Assembly: GCF_006345805.1 (NCBI RefSeq)
Contig: NC_043000.1
Span: forward strand, 147,746,001-147,810,000
Reading direction: 5' to 3'
DNA length: 64,000 nucleotides
From: Octopus sinensis
Lineage: Eukaryota
Position numbers and translations under genes: made by a program. Below the pieces are notes generated by a model. It worked only from the letters and a program-made list of their open reading frames with translations. It was not told the DNA's origin and searched no databases. Within the stretch, counting starts at the first letter, position 1. Each line of letters starts with the position of its first letter. Below are positions 62,654 through 64,000 of this stretch, one piece after another.

Positions 62654-63446
62654 CTAGACTACCCATAACCCGTTGGGTCACTAACGATTCCGGTTATAAA
62701 ACATTGAAGCTGATTTCAACATTGCATTGAAATGAAAGTTAATTTTACGTTGATTCAGTTGAATATTTCAATTCATTCGTGTCATCATAGGTCTGGTTTA
62801 CAAGTTCATGTTTAAGGTTTTATTGATTATTTACAGCATCTAATAGAAATAGAACTTCCAGGATAAACCTCAACTCCAGTAACAACATATATTGATGGCA
62901 TATGTGCACACTTCTACAAAAATGCAAGAGGAATTCTTATATAACGTAAACATAAAATTAATGGAAATAATTTCCACAGTATTATATATTCCCATTTCAG
63001 AGTTATGTTTCTTTAAGAGTATTTTGCCATTATGTGCTGTTTTGCCTATTTATGAAGGTACCCCAAATAACCATGTATTTCAGGAATCCGTGGTCCGATT
63101 TACATGAAATTTGTTTTATTCCATTTGTATTCATGTTTCAGGGGTTCCTTACTTTCAGAGTATTTTCCCATTATGTGCTGGTTTGGCTGTATTAAATTAC
63201 AGACTAGCATGCACGCAAGCAAGCGATCACGGAGTTTTCATAGTACCCCAAAAAACCACGAGTCTTAGGAACCTATGGTCCAATTTACATAAAATTTGTT
63301 TTATTCTGTTTGTATTCACATTTCAAGGATACCTTACTTTCAAAGTATTTTCCTGTTATGCGCCGGTTTGGCTGTATTAAATTACAGACAAGCATGCACA
63401 CAAGCAAGCAAGCAATCACAGAGTTTTAGTAGTATATATATATAGA
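62654..63446 (-). mobile_element. Non-autonomous Helitron with internal tandem subrepeats
   Basis: Minus strand A|TCTATATATATATAC ... hairpin ACCCAACGGGTTATGGGT-AGTCTAG|T; internal ~185-nt duplicated blocks (about 63060-63240 and 63245-63425). Confidence 0.85.
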
Positions 63447-63717
63447 TAAATGCATGCATGTATATACCTATATCAAAGCAAGTTTTAATACCTGCATTTA
63501 AAAGTGCTGCATTTAGTAAAATACTTAGGGATCGCTTACAGTTTTGAAATACTTATAGAAAATGTCTAAATGTACAGGTGTATCAAGTAGTCTGAATAAA
63601 ATCAGGTGCTTAAGTTGTCTGCAACCTATCACTTTATATTTGTTGCTGTATTATCAGTGTAGATTTTTGTTTGCTTTTTTTGATAATCTTTTAACTATAT
63701 CGAATTTAATTTTCCAG

Positions 63718-64000
63718 TCAATTCTCCACATGGTTCCATCTCCTCTGTCAGTATTCCTGATATAAAACAGCTGCGTGAATTTCATGGGGATGAGTGGCTG
63801 CTATACTATGAAAACATACGGCAAGATAGAGAATGTATTATGACACACTCAGCCCCTGCATCTCGCAAAGTCTCTCCCCAACTGAAAGAACTGCCAAAAC
63901 CATTGCCAAAACTTGAATACAATTCTGATACTTCTATTGACGAAGGACCTTATCTTGGTCATATGTCTTCCGAGGAAAAATTGTTTGTGGACTCTGATAC
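63718..64000 (+). CDS. STK11IP: STK11IP coding exon 11, truncated by window end (V-NSPHGSISSVSIPDIKQLREFHGDEWLLYYENIRQD...)
   Basis: ttttccag|TC completes the phase-1 codon from exon 10; open to the window end; LREFHGDEWLLY resembles the FRERFGRNWLQY motif. Confidence 0.85.

Larger units (their letters stand above)
25020..64000 (+). other. STK11IP: STK11IP gene locus (serine/threonine kinase 11-interacting protein, LRR protein); 3' part lies beyond the window
   Basis: Eleven exons splice in frame (64+203+168+108+72+130+104+90+42+226+283 nt coding). The peptide tracks my recollection of human STK11IP: N-terminal region, FVTDVLVDTTALK vs FLFDVLQKTLSLK, SRSLQTLE vs SRSLQALE, CGGD...LDSSLRLL..L..LDLSHN, LDGK, and LREFHGDEWLLY vs FRERFGRNWLQY. 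Confidence 0.9.

Overview
AT-rich, microsatellite-rich animal genomic DNA. The SINE/LINE/MITE landscape strongly suggests a coleoid cephalopod, most likely Octopus (inferred from repeat families, not confirmed). The main gene is a + strand STK11IP (LKB1-interacting protein LIP1, N-terminal LRR protein) orthologue. I reconstructed 11 coding exons by hand from 25047 to the window end: all GT-AG, phase-consistent, about 496 codons, gene continuing past 64000. A possible divergent - strand gene start and shared promoter lie at about 3.9-5.7 kb. Almost everything else is transposon-derived: at least four tRNA-derived SINE families; RTE, BovB-like, CR1, CRE-clade and Penelope-like retroelement remnants; a Tc1 relic; hAT, piggyBac and mariner MITEs; two non-autonomous Helitrons; and a HINE-like element. 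There is no prokaryotic system, CRISPR array or true tRNA/rRNA gene. The most interesting observations are: a degenerate Penelope-type hammerhead ribozyme; inverted SINE pairs around STK11IP exons (candidate ADAR/circRNA substrates); copy-number-variable structured tandem units in an RTE 3' UTR; a fold-back triplication in intron 6; and a deleted CRE-clade element ending in (TA)n. All coordinates were counted by hand; repeat boundaries are approximate unless TSDs/TIRs are quoted. I found no convincing evidence of a wholly new biological system.
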